A stretch of 64,000 nt of DNA from an uncultured virus (IMG/VR IMGVR_UViG_3300020042_003594) (IMGVR_UViG_3300020042_003594); one strand, 5' to 3'. Positions 18,625 to 27,990 are shown, counted from the first letter of the stretch. A program made the numbers and translations. The notes: generated from the letters alone by a model not told the origin.

Positions 18625-18678
18625 ATAAACTCCAAAAAACCAACGTGTTATTAAGACAATAATAACCAAGTGTTTTAT

Positions 18679-18691
18679 CTATTAGGTACCA
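18679..18691 (-). promoter_or_regulatory. Putative phage RNAP promoter (TGGTACCTAATAG) for the inverted gene
   Basis: Motif copy oriented toward 18223..18624. Confidence 0.72.
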
Positions 18692-18741
18692 TCTGGTACT
18701 TAATTAACTTAAATTAAACTAACGTCCAATAGGAAAATCAA

Positions 18742-19257
18742 ATGACTACAGCTACCGCCACTAACGAAACAACAAATGTCATCATCAAAGATGTACAAGT
18801 ATACTGGGTTAAAATTGCCGAAGCAGTCTCTCCATTCGGTGTACCACAGTACGAATGCACCATCCAAGTGCCAAAGAAACGTGCCAAAGAACTAGAAGCT
18901 TTCGGTAAAGTTAAAGATGGTTTTGATGCAGGTACAGTTAAAGTATCTCTCAAAAAGAAAGCTCTTAAGGCTGATGGTACTGATGCAGCTAAAGTTCGTT
19001 GTGTTGATGCTTTCAAAAATCCTCTAGATCCAAAAACTATCGGTAATGGTTCTACAGGTAACGTGCTTGTAATGCAACGTCCTTACCAAATCAAACTTCC
19101 TAACGGTAAAATCTCCAAAGAAGGCATCACTACTGCTCTCTCAGGTATCCAAATTACTAAGCTAATCAAATACGAAGCCAAAAATGAAAACTTTGTTGAC
19201 TTCGATCAAGAAGAAGGCTCATACGCAGCAGGTGTAACAGAAGACTCACCGTTCTAA
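18742..19257 (+). CDS. ssb: Single-stranded DNA-binding protein (T7 gp2.5-like)
   Basis: IGNGS motif and acidic C-terminal tail ending in Phe (EDSPF). Confidence 0.8.
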   Translation: MTTATATNETTNVIIKDVQVYWVKIAEAVSPFGVPQYECTIQVPKKRAKELEAFGKVKDGFDAGTVKVSLKKKALKADGTDAAKVRCVDAFKNPLDPKTIGNGSTGNVLVMQRPYQIKLPNGKISKEGITTALSGIQITKLIKYEAKNENFVDFDQEEGSYAAGVTEDSPF

Positions 19258-19265
19258 AAGTAAAC

Positions 19266-19296
19266 ACCAACATGTTATGTAGCATGTTGGTTTTTT
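19266..19296 (+). terminator. Rho-independent terminator after SSB
   Basis: ACCAACATGTTA-TG-TAGCATGTTGGT followed by TTTTT. Confidence 0.8.
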
Positions 19297-19318
19297 ATTC
19301 ACCATCTTAAGGAACATA

Positions 19319-19561
19319 ATGGCAAATATAATAATCTTTATAGGTACCATAATTGTAAGTATCTCTTCGTACTATGCAGGTGTACAGAAAACATTGTTTG
19401 ACCTAGACATGAAAGAAGCTGAGGTATCCTCCAGATGCTACAGCCACAAAAACCTTGAAGCCTATGTAGCTAAAGATGGTGAACACTTTGCTTGCTTCAA
19501 ACAAAATATTGATAATAAAAAAATCAGTAAAAGCTTGATTGTTATGGATGAAAACAAATAA
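19319..19561 (+). CDS. Hypothetical protein with N-terminal membrane anchor
   Basis: TAAGGA RBS and hydrophobic N-terminus. Confidence 0.65.
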   Translation: MANIIIFIGTIIVSISSYYAGVQKTLFDLDMKEAEVSSRCYSHKNLEAYVAKDGEHFACFKQNIDNKKISKSLIVMDENK

Positions 19562-19736
19562 CAAACTCAAAGAAGAACTTGATAAAATGCAAGCTGAAAG
19601 ATCAAAAATTTATAGTGAATGGGAAAACACTTGGAGCACGTACCGCCAAAACCCAAAAGCCTTTGAACAAGCAAAAAATAAACTTCTTGAATATGACATT
19701 AAACTAAGCAACCTTTGGGAAGAATATGATGAATGA
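19548..19736 (+). CDS. Hypothetical coiled-coil protein
   Basis: Overlaps both neighbours. Start taken at MKTNN. Confidence 0.5.
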   Translation: MKTNNKLKEELDKMQAERSKIYSEWENTWSTYRQNPKAFEQAKNKLLEYDIKLSNLWEEYDE

Positions 19737-20019
19737 TGTACAAAAGTTCTATGAGTCTGCCCGTAAGCACTTTCCAAACAGTGTTCCATGGGAACAATTA
19801 CACCCTGCTGCTCAACAACAATTAATCATGGGTATTAACTTAATTATAGGAGTAATGAATTGACAAATGGTTACTTTGTATTTAAAAAAGAAAGTTATGA
19901 CAGAATATACTGGTGCGTAGCGGGTCGTGAAATATCCCACAATGAAGCTCCAATGTTTAATACACTTAAAGAAGCACAAGCATATGCTAAAAAACTTAAA
20001 AGTAAAAAAGAAACGATCA

Positions 20020-20292
20020 ATGCCAGAAGGAGTAGCTGAAAAAGGTCAAACAGCTTTAAAACTATGGCGTGAATCAAAAGAAAAAGCTAAAAAACTTGGC
20101 CCAGTGGCCTATGCAGCATGGAATGAAGAGCAAGAAATTAAAAAAGCTCAAAAAAGAGTATCTCCAATGCAAGCTATCCGTAACTTCTGCATCAGCTGTG
20201 TAGGTGAAATAAAAAAAGATATCACAAACTGTACTGCTAAAAAGTGTCCTCTATATATCTATCGTCCTTACCAGAAAGATGAAAATGAATAA
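20020..20292 (+). CDS. Hypothetical Cys-rich (zinc-binding) phage protein
   Basis: AIRNFCISC...C....CPLY.YR motif. Confidence 0.65.
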   Translation: MPEGVAEKGQTALKLWRESKEKAKKLGPVAYAAWNEEQEIKKAQKRVSPMQAIRNFCISCVGEIKKDITNCTAKKCPLYIYRPYQKDENE

Positions 20293-20473
20293 CTCTGATA
20301 AAAGCTCAATAAATGTAGAACTATTAAGGGAAAATAGTGATGGCTCTGCTGTATATACATTCGACTTCACTCCAGAAATGCAAGAAGCGTTACTTCGTTT
20401 TGGTATTATAAAAGCTATTGAAATGGGTCTAGAAGAAGCTAAAAAACTTCATCCCGACTTTAAAGATGAATGA
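20285..20473 (+). CDS. Hypothetical protein
   Basis: EN.DGSA motif; overlaps neighbours. Confidence 0.6.
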   Translation: MNNSDKSSINVELLRENSDGSAVYTFDFTPEMQEALLRFGIIKAIEMGLEEAKKLHPDFKDE

Positions 20474-20603
20474 AGACATCATCCGCATGGCGCAAGAGGC
20501 TAATGTGTATTGCACTACCCGACAACCAACTCTTGACGCCATGCTTGAACGATTTGCCGCCCTTGTCGCAGCAGCAGAGCAAGGGGACAAGCATGAACTC
20601 TGA
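20466..20603 (+). CDS. Small phage protein (DIIRMA..LERFAALV type, 45 aa)
   Basis: Manual translation MNEDIIRMAQEA...LERFAALVAAAEQGDKHEL, in a GC-richer patch. Confidence 0.6.
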   Translation: MNEDIIRMAQEANVYCTTRQPTLDAMLERFAALVAAAEQGDKHEL

Positions 20604-20841
20604 ATTTAACAAGTGGTGGGATGAAGACGATTTGACAACGCAAGGTAATAACTTTGTTGATGGCACACCTGCTTATTGGGCGTGGGAGGGCTGGTGCGCT
20701 GCGGTCAAGATCGAGCGTGAAGCGATTGCAAAGGTGTGTGATGAAACCGCTAAAAAATATTACCCATCAAATAAAAAAGCTAGCAGCGCTTTCATGTATC
20801 TTGCCTCAACCATTCGCTTTGCGGAAAGAGGAAAAATATGA
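20593..20841 (+). CDS. Hypothetical protein
   Basis: MNSEFNKWW...AWEGW.AA...EREA, with AAGGGG RBS. Confidence 0.65.
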   Translation: MNSEFNKWWDEDDLTTQGNNFVDGTPAYWAWEGWCAAVKIEREAIAKVCDETAKKYYPSNKKASSAFMYLASTIRFAERGKI

Positions 20842-21197
20842 CTAAAGACAAAGCACTGAAACTGGCGCTGGTTGCGCTGGAGAACATATCAACCGCTTTG
20901 CGTGAAGATGATGTACTCGGAAGCGACATTGAACTGATGCTGGACACTATCGCCGCCATCAAAGAAGCCTTAGAACAACCACCGCTGCCAGCGCAAAATG
21001 AAGAACTCAAATCATTAGTAAAAGAACTATTCGATAACTACTTAAACCGAGTAGAAGAAAGTGACTCCGGTAGAGTATTTAGCCCTATCTCAATAAGCTG
21101 TTGCAGAGCGTTAATGCTTGAGCCACTAAGTAAAATACTTGACCGAATGGCAGAACTCTCTGATGCCAAACCAAAGAAAGTAACATACGACTTATGA
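20838..21197 (+). CDS. Hypothetical protein
   Basis: ALKLAL.ALE...AIKEALEQP, with GAGGA RBS. Confidence 0.65.
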   Translation: MTKDKALKLALVALENISTALREDDVLGSDIELMLDTIAAIKEALEQPPLPAQNEELKSLVKELFDNYLNRVEESDSGRVFSPISISCCRALMLEPLSKILDRMAELSDAKPKKVTYDL

Positions 21198-21633
21198 GTG
21201 CATGGCTAATCGCCCTAGTAGGGTTTATATACTTGTATATTTGCATTGAACAATTTATGAAAGGTAATACAGGAATGGCTATCTGCTATTTCGGTTATGC
21301 TGTAGGCAACATAGGACTATGGAAACTAGCATCATGAAACTATACGATCTACCCAGAGAAAGTTATTTCACAATTGACTGTGATGACACAAAAGAAATTT
21401 TCTTCTTTAAACATATAGATGGTATGTACTCATACTGTTTAGATAAAAAACAAAACGTAATACATTTAAGTGCTTCAACTGAAGTAACTAAACATGAATG
21501 AATACTACGTAATCTCTGAAGTTAAAAATTTCTATGTATATGCAAACAACCAAGAAGAGGCTTACTACGAAGCAGACGCTTATTTGTCCTGTAAGTATGA
21601 ACACCTTGAAGTGTTCCTAAATGAGGAGTATGT

Positions 21634-21867
21634 ATGATTGTAGTAAATGTAACCAGTAATACAATAGATGTAAGCTGTAATTACTATGCCAGCTCTTATG
21701 ATGATGAAATAAAATTACCAGAAGGATATACTGACGCCGACATCGATGAGTATTATGTAAAATGGGGTATTTTAAACATCACATTCAAAGATGGATTTAA
21801 ATGGGAATATACCCTTGATGAAATAGAAATTGATAGTAAACACCCTATTGAAGTATCAATAACATGA
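21634..21867 (+). CDS. Hypothetical acidic protein
   Basis: GAGGAG RBS. Confidence 0.6.
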   Translation: MIVVNVTSNTIDVSCNYYASSYDDEIKLPEGYTDADIDEYYVKWGILNITFKDGFKWEYTLDEIEIDSKHPIEVSIT

Positions 21868-22166
21868 TAGCCTACAAACTATTCAATAAACGTAAAGATG
21901 GTACGTTTGGCCCTTTGTTTATTAATCGTAAACAACGAGTTGAACCTATGGTATGGTATAACGCTGAGGCTCACCCCACAAAAGGTTATGCTTATCGTCC
22001 GGGATGGCACTGCTGTGCTGAACCTTTAGCGCCGCACCTATCAAAGAAAAATCGTGTATGGTGTAAAGTAATGATAAGCCAATACACAGAACATAAACGA
22101 CCAGAATCACAAGGTGGACTGTGGTATACTGCAAACAAACTAAAAGTACTAGGTGAACTAAAATGA
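21864..22166 (+). CDS. Conserved phage protein
   Basis: AYKLF..PLFIN...AYRPGWH...PHL...RVW...QGG.W. Confidence 0.75.
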   Translation: MIAYKLFNKRKDGTFGPLFINRKQRVEPMVWYNAEAHPTKGYAYRPGWHCCAEPLAPHLSKKNRVWCKVMISQYTEHKRPESQGGLWYTANKLKVLGELK

Positions 22167-22384
22167 AATATACCTTTGATCTTAGTGACGATGATCTAGT
22201 TGAAATTATTCTGCAAAGCCTAAAAAAAGATATACGAAATTTTGAAAAAGACTTAAAAGTAATCGAAGAAAGAAACATAGGTTATGTGTTTGAAATGGAT
22301 GCAGAAAGCGATGTAAAAGAAATTACACGACACATTGAAGCACTTAAACTAGTTAAACAATACTACGGTGGTACAAATGACTAA
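22163..22384 (+). CDS. Hypothetical protein
   Basis: ATGA-coupled ORF. Confidence 0.6.
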   Translation: MKYTFDLSDDDLVEIILQSLKKDIRNFEKDLKVIEERNIGYVFEMDAESDVKEITRHIEALKLVKQYYGGTND

Positions 22385-22790
22385 ACAAAGAACTGTGTAT
22401 CTAGCTGGCCCTATGGAGCATGTCTCTGTTGAAGAAGCTGCTGGTTGGCGTACTAAAGCAGAGCTACTATTAAACTGTAATGATGTACAAACACTTAACC
22501 CATGTCGCCGTGTTCATGACTTTGAGCCTCGATACATGAAACGTATCTTCGAGTTAGACCTTCGAGACATCCAAGAGTCAGACATAATCTTGGTTAATCT
22601 AAACAACCCTGAAATAGCCAAGCATGGTACTGCTATGGAAGTGTTCTATGCTTCTTATGTTCTGCGTAAACCTGTTGTAGCATTCAAAGCTGATGCCTCT
22701 AAAATCCATCCGTTCTTTGAGTCATTAGTCACTGAATGGAGATCAGATGTTGTAAAAGCCTGTGATACTATCACTTCAGCCTACCTATAA
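22377..22790 (+). CDS. Nucleoside 2-deoxyribosyltransferase-like / nucleotide N-glycosidase
   Basis: VYLAGPM, DL..I..SD...V, GTAME motifs. Confidence 0.85.
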   Translation: MTKQRTVYLAGPMEHVSVEEAAGWRTKAELLLNCNDVQTLNPCRRVHDFEPRYMKRIFELDLRDIQESDIILVNLNNPEIAKHGTAMEVFYASYVLRKPVVAFKADASKIHPFFESLVTEWRSDVVKACDTITSAYL

Positions 22791-22952
22791 TGACAGCCCT
22801 ACTAATCATCGCCTTAGTGTACCTTCTATGGTACTTCACTTCTTTCCGTAACAACTAAACTATGATAAAAGCAATCTGGATTAGCATCCTATGTACAGCA
22901 GCAGTAGTAGTTATTGCTCAATTCTTTCGTAAACCTAAAGTTAAAATTTAAT

Positions 22953-23216
22953 ATGCCATACATTAAAATAATTGATCGTGATCGCTTAGACTACATTACA
23001 GACGCAGCAAGCACTGTAGGTATCCTAGATGCAGGTGAATTAAACTACCTAATCACCCGTCTCTGTATTACATTTATGAATGATAACGGTAAATGCTACC
23101 AAAACATTAATAATATAGTAGGTGCTCTTGAAGGTGCTAAAATGGAATTCTATCGCCGATATGCTGCGCCCTATGAAGATACTAAAATTATTGAAAATGG
23201 AGATGTTTACCTATGA
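22953..23216 (+). CDS. Conserved phage protein (GELNY...EFYRR...YED.K...NGD)
   Basis: Recognisable small helical phage family, lying among nucleotide-metabolism genes. Confidence 0.7.
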   Translation: MPYIKIIDRDRLDYITDAASTVGILDAGELNYLITRLCITFMNDNGKCYQNINNIVGALEGAKMEFYRRYAAPYEDTKIIENGDVYL

Positions 23217-23683
23217 CTGATTTTTATGATGAACAAACATCAAATATATTCTGGAAAGATACTATGGGACGTGCAGTAAATCGAATGATTGATGAAGATA
23301 CTAACAAACCAGTAGACTCTAACCTAAAAACGTTAGCCGCTATAAATAAACCTCGTCTCTCTGATGTACCACCAGTAGCACTATTCGCTTTAGGTGCTGC
23401 CATGTCAGATGGTAAAGATAAGTATGGTAGATTCAACTGGCGTCAAACAGGAGCAACCTCCAGTGTATTCTATGATGCAATCCAACGTCACCTAGCGCAA
23501 TGGTATGACGGTGAAGACTTTGCTGAAGACAGTAAAGTGCATCACTTAGCACACATCATGGCATCCTGCGCTATCTTGATGGATTGCGAACACCAAGGTA
23601 GTCTAAAAGATGATCGTGATTTTAGCTATGACAACCCACCACTAGCTAAACCTCTATACTGGATTAAACAAGATGAAACCTGA
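23213..23683 (+). CDS. dATP/dGTP diphosphohydrolase domain protein (DUF5664-like)
   Basis: KP.LS.VP, G..KYG..NW, A..RH...W..GED...S..HHLAH...C motifs. Confidence 0.85.
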   Translation: MTDFYDEQTSNIFWKDTMGRAVNRMIDEDTNKPVDSNLKTLAAINKPRLSDVPPVALFALGAAMSDGKDKYGRFNWRQTGATSSVFYDAIQRHLAQWYDGEDFAEDSKVHHLAHIMASCAILMDCEHQGSLKDDRDFSYDNPPLAKPLYWIKQDET

Positions 23684-23909
23684 AGTACACTATACAGGCG
23701 CTTTATTAATAAGAGAACACCCTCGTTACGATAATAATGAATCTATCTGCTTTGTAGCTTATGTAGAAAAAACATTAAATCATCCTAAATTAGGAGTATG
23801 CTATAACGTAAAAACATCCGAAATAAAAGTGTTCCCTGACCCACAAGGTAACTTTGAAACCCTCAACACTAAATACATTCGCGTGTATACCAACAATGGC
23901 CCAACTTAA
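23673..23909 (+). CDS. Hypothetical protein
   Basis: HPKLG...V.TS.....FETLNT.Y motif. Confidence 0.65.
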   Translation: MKPEVHYTGALLIREHPRYDNNESICFVAYVEKTLNHPKLGVCYNVKTSEIKVFPDPQGNFETLNTKYIRVYTNNGPT

Positions 23910-24069
23910 AAAAGTAAATTTGTTTGCCACAAAAAACTCTATTAAAGAAGCTCTCGAATACGGTATTAAAATTGGTATGGGTACAGACAACCCAGCAGCA
24001 GTAACAACTGCATTATATGTACTGTATAACACAATGATAGATAAAATTAATAAAGAATATGAAGAATGA
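23896..24069 (+). CDS. Hypothetical protein
   Basis: Start taken at MAQLKK; overlaps neighbours. Confidence 0.5.
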   Translation: MAQLKKVNLFATKNSIKEALEYGIKIGMGTDNPAAVTTALYVLYNTMIDKINKEYEE

Positions 24070-24671
24070 ATCTTATTAAAACAATCAAGCGTTGGGTTGC
24101 TGGTTCAGAAAAATACTTTGATATCTACGAATGTAAAATAGATGAAGTAGAAGCATATACCTCTGACTCTGGTAAATCAATGGTGAAAGTAAAAGTAAAT
24201 GATCAAGAGTTCAATGGACTACATAACAGATGGGTCTATGATCATTTATGCGCCAATGAAGGTCAACCCTCTTTCATTGTAATGTGGCGAGCACCTAAAG
24301 GTAAACCTATGGTTGCTTATGTAAAAGAAATTTGGCAAGACCATATCAACGGAGTCTACAATGTCGAAGTCCCTGCCGAATCTAACGCCTACAGCAACAG
24401 CGGTGAGTCTTTTGTGTATCTTTGGTTATGTAAAGACACAGACAGAAAGTATATCGGAAAGCACAAAGGAACAGCTGATGACGGATATGTCTGTAGCAGT
24501 GAAACGTTCCTTGCAGAATACAATGAGTGTCCTTCACGATTCATCCGCACAATCCTAGCTTATGGAAGTGATCAGGAAATGCTTGAATTAGAAACAATGC
24601 TATTGTTACAACTAAGAGCAACTAAGTCACATCTCTATTACAATATGAGTAACAATCTCAGGAAAGATTAA
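24066..24671 (+). CDS. Protein with C-terminal GIY-YIG (Seg-like) nuclease domain
   Basis: FVYLW...KYIGKHKG...GY..SS...E...YYN. Confidence 0.7.
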   Translation: MNLIKTIKRWVAGSEKYFDIYECKIDEVEAYTSDSGKSMVKVKVNDQEFNGLHNRWVYDHLCANEGQPSFIVMWRAPKGKPMVAYVKEIWQDHINGVYNVEVPAESNAYSNSGESFVYLWLCKDTDRKYIGKHKGTADDGYVCSSETFLAEYNECPSRFIRTILAYGSDQEMLELETMLLLQLRATKSHLYYNMSNNLRKD

Positions 24672-24672
24672 T

Positions 24673-24906
24673 ATGGCTAAAAACTACAACTGGAATATCC
24701 GACTAGGTACTCAAAACTTTACTGTTGCTATCGATAGTAAAGAAAAATATGGTTGGTTTGAACATGAATCTCTAGGTGATAACTGTGGAGGTGGCTTGTG
24801 GTTTGATAAAAACTTTAAATTAGAAGACTATGATGGTGTATACGACTTACCATCTGAAGTTAAAAATATCTTAGTAATGTTTAAAATGTGTGATAAGGAT
24901 TTCTGA
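24673..24906 (+). CDS. Hypothetical protein
   Basis: GGLWF....DYDGVY.LP motif. Confidence 0.65.
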   Translation: MAKNYNWNIRLGTQNFTVAIDSKEKYGWFEHESLGDNCGGGLWFDKNFKLEDYDGVYDLPSEVKNILVMFKMCDKDF

Positions 24907-25024
24907 TGCTAGATTATACTACAGTATACTACTTAATCGTAGAAGGTAAAATGTCTCTTAAAGAATTTGATGAATGGCTAGACAAAGAGCTATGTGACGC
25001 TTTTGATGAAGCTCTAAAAATAGC

Positions 25025-25037
25025 CGGTGCCTAATAG
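25025..25037 (+). promoter_or_regulatory. Putative phage RNAP promoter (CGGTGCCTAATAG) upstream of replication genes
   Basis: TAGCCGGTGCCTAATAGAAA matches the 16162 copy at 19 of 20 nt. Confidence 0.75.
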
Positions 25038-25057
25038 AAACTACAGAAAGGCATACT

Positions 25058-25201
25058 ATGCTAGTCGATGTCAGTGATACGCAACTAGTGCAAGTAACTT
25101 TGTTCTTTGAGGCACCACAGTCTCATGAACAACAAATAAAGCTTGACTATATCCTCAACAATATATTCGAATTGGAGCAAGACTACCATGAAGACCAATA
25201 A
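25058..25201 (+). CDS. Small hypothetical protein (47 aa)
   Basis: AAAGG RBS. Manual translation MLVDVSDTQL...YHEDQ. Confidence 0.45.
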   Translation: MLVDVSDTQLVQVTLFFEAPQSHEQQIKLDYILNNIFELEQDYHEDQ

Positions 25202-25634
25202 AGATTGGGATGACTTCTATTTAGAATTATGTGAAGTTATAGCTAAACAATCTTATGCAGAGGATAAAAAAGTAGGTGCTTTAATTGTAAAAAATGACAA
25301 CATTATATCGTTCTCTTATAATGGAACACCTAGAAAGACAAACAATGACACACAAAAATGTACAGTATTACATGCTGAAGCGCAAGCCATTGCTAAAGTG
25401 GCTCGCTCAAACCTTTCTACTGAGAATACCACTCTCTATTGTACTCTTTCTCCCTGTATCGATTGTGCTAAGCTTATATACAGCTGCGGCATTAATCGTG
25501 TGGTGTATCGGATGGGATACAAATGCAATAAAGGAATTGATTTCCTCAAACAAAACGGAGTATTTGTAAACGAACAAGTTCACCATGTAGGATTAGTTGA
25601 TCTGGAATATCTAAAGAAAACAGGGCTTATATAG
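25188..25634 (+). CDS. dCMP deaminase
   Basis: KVGA.IV, YNG.P, HAE, TLSPCIDC motifs. Confidence 0.9.
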   Translation: MKTNKDWDDFYLELCEVIAKQSYAEDKKVGALIVKNDNIISFSYNGTPRKTNNDTQKCTVLHAEAQAIAKVARSNLSTENTTLYCTLSPCIDCAKLIYSCGINRVVYRMGYKCNKGIDFLKQNGVFVNEQVHHVGLVDLEYLKKTGLI

Positions 25635-26128
25635 TGACAAAAAAACCACCTAAAGTAATTCTACCAAAGAATATTAAAGTACATGTAGCATGTTTACCAG
25701 ATGAGGGAACGCTAATTGAAAAATTATTCTTTGACTGCTTACTAGATTACAGTAAAAGGTTTAATGCACCAATCAGTAAAGAAAAGTTTGAAGTATTTAT
25801 CTGTCTGATTGAATACCCAGAAGGTAGCTCTACTCAAGGGTTAACCTCACATGAGATGCCTGATGGTACTCGTATCTTAATTCAATTAAGAGACCCTATC
25901 TTAAATGACTGGGAACTTAATCAATATACAATGGATAAGTTTGTTAACATATTATGCCATGAAATTGTACATGCGTGTCAACGTATTTGCAAAAGAAAAG
26001 GTATAACTGTTCGTAACTTAAAAATAAATAAAGATGATGAACGTGAAACATATTTCTTTGACCCCTCTGAAATGGAAGCTCGGTTGTTGGAAGCTCCTTA
26101 TAGCTCCTTATACGGCGAAAAACTATGA
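25634..26128 (+). CDS. Putative zinc metallopeptidase
   Basis: HEIVH (HExxH) and downstream E.EA. GTG start. Confidence 0.65.
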   Translation: MTKKPPKVILPKNIKVHVACLPDEGTLIEKLFFDCLLDYSKRFNAPISKEKFEVFICLIEYPEGSSTQGLTSHEMPDGTRILIQLRDPILNDWELNQYTMDKFVNILCHEIVHACQRICKRKGITVRNLKINKDDERETYFFDPSEMEARLLEAPYSSLYGEKL

Positions 26129-27990
26129 CTAAGTTACGGTACGTATACGACATTGAAACCAATGGTTTTATGCCTACCGTGGATAAAATCTGGATGTTAG
26201 TGTTAACTAACGTTGATACTAATGAAGTAAAAACTTATGTAAGTAGGTCAGGTAATCCTAATGACGCCTGTATACATAAAGGTTTAAAGGAGTTAAGTAA
26301 AGCAGACGTAATCATAGGCCATAACATTATTGGTTATGATAACGTAGTACTTAAACATCTTACAGGATGGGAACCTCTACCCCATCAACGAGTAATAGAC
26401 ACTTGGATTTTATCTCTACTAAACCAATATAAAAGAGACCACAAACATGGTCTTGAAGGTTGGGGTAGTAAATTTAGTCTACCTAAGCTACCATTCGATA
26501 AGTTTGATGAGTACTCAGATGAGATGCTTACATACTGCATCCGAGATGTAGAGTTAAATGTTAAAGTATATAAACACTTAGTAGAAGAAGCAAATAAAAT
26601 TATCGCTAAATTTCCTACCTATAAAAAAGGTATTGAAGTTGAAATGGAGTTTGCTAAAATAGAGTCTGACATCCGTAATAAAGGTTGGCTATTTGATATG
26701 GCCTCTGCTCAAACACTATTAAGTGAAATCAATAACAAATTAGACGCTATTGAAATGGTTTTAGAACCTCGTATTGGTATGCGCTGTATTAAAATAGATG
26801 GTAAAGATGAACACAAAGAACCAGCATGGAGAAAAGACGGATGTTATACTGTGGCCACTGTACGTCACTTTAAATATGAGCAAGAAACAGGTCGAACAAC
26901 TCGTCCAATTGAAGGCCCGTATTCTAGAATCTCCTTTGAACAAGGTAAAGTGGGTAGTATTGAAGTCGTCAAAGACTGGTTATACTCGCTAGGATGGGTT
27001 CCTGATGAATGGAATGTAGAAAAGATTAATGGTAAATTCATTAACAAGTCACCTAAGATTACAGAATCTTCTCTTGAGAAACTAGGTGCTGATGCTATGC
27101 TAGTGTCAGAGTATTATACAATAAGAAGCCGTAAAGGTATTCTAGAAGGATGGATTGATGCTGTTAAAGAATCAAAAGATAACCGTCTTCATGGCCGCAT
27201 GTGGACTATTGGGACTCCTACCTTTCGCTGTCGTCATGAGCTTGTTGCTAATTTGCCTAGCGTTGATTCGGTTTACGGCAAAGAAATGCGAGGACTTCTT
27301 ATCTGCGAAGATGGAACAAGTATTGTGGGAGCCGACTCAGCGGGTAACCAAATGCGTGGTCTATGTCATTACATTGGTGACGATAATTTTACTAACGAGG
27401 TAATTAATGGTGACATACATCAAAAGAATGCTGACATTCTGTCAAGGGTTTATTCTTGTCCGCGTAGGGTTGCAAAACCTTGGCTATATGCTTACCTTTT
27501 TGGGGCTGGCCCTAGTAAATTGGGTACAATTCTAACAGGTAAGTCTGATATGAAGGTAGGTAAAGAGTCTGCCTCATTATTTGAAACATCTATTCCCGGA
27601 TTAAAAGAATTAAAAGATAAACTATCAAACTTATTTGATAAAACAAATAATGCCTTTGGTAAAGATAAAGCTTTTATTAGAGGCGTTGATGGTCGTATGG
27701 TGTTTGTAAGCTCTCAACATCAAGTATTAAACTACCTATTACAAACAGCTGAAGGTGTTACTTGTAAAGCAGCGATCGTATATATGAGAGATAAGCTAAA
27801 TAGTCTCAATATTAAGTACTATTTCACACTACATTATCATGATGAGTTTGCTGTGGTAGTTAAAGATGAGTATGCAGAACAAGTAGCTCAAATAGCTATT
27901 GAAGCTTTTACTGAAGCACCTAAATGGTTTGGTATTAATTGCATGGGCGGTGACGCTCACATAGGAAAAACGTATGCAGAGGTTCACTAA
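26125..27990 (+). CDS. polA: Family A DNA polymerase with 3'-5' exonuclease
   Basis: DIET, GHNIIGYD, YCIRD exonuclease motifs; motif A GADSAGNQMR, motif B R..AK...Y...FG, motif C YHDE. Confidence 0.95.
   Translation: MTKLRYVYDIETNGFMPTVDKIWMLVLTNVDTNEVKTYVSRSGNPNDACIHKGLKELSKADVIIGHNIIGYDNVVLKHLTGWEPLPHQRVIDTWILSLLNQYKRDHKHGLEGWGSKFSLPKLPFDKFDEYSDEMLTYCIRDVELNVKVYKHLVEEANKIIAKFPTYKKGIEVEMEFAKIESDIRNKGWLFDMASAQTLLSEINNKLDAIEMVLEPRIGMRCIKIDGKDEHKEPAWRKDGCYTVATVRHFKYEQETGRTTRPIEGPYSRISFEQGKVGSIEVVKDWLYSLGWVPDEWNVEKINGKFINKSPKITESSLEKLGADAMLVSEYYTIRSRKGILEGWIDAVKESKDNRLHGRMWTIGTPTFRCRHELVANLPSVDSVYGKEMRGLLICEDGTSIVGADSAGNQMRGLCHYIGDDNFTNEVINGDIHQKNADILSRVYSCPRRVAKPWLYAYLFGAGPSKLGTILTGKSDMKVGKESASLFETSIPGLKELKDKLSNLFDKTNNAFGKDKAFIRGVDGRMVFVSSQHQVLNYLLQTAEGVTCKAAIVYMRDKLNSLNIKYYFTLHYHDEFAVVVKDEYAEQVAQIAIEAFTEAPKWFGINCMGGDAHIGKTYAEVH

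Noticed and set aside
23213..23683. 2-aminoadenine (Z) genome pathway
   Set aside because: A DUF5664-like gene is present, but no PurZ or adenylosuccinate-synthetase homologue was recognised in the window.
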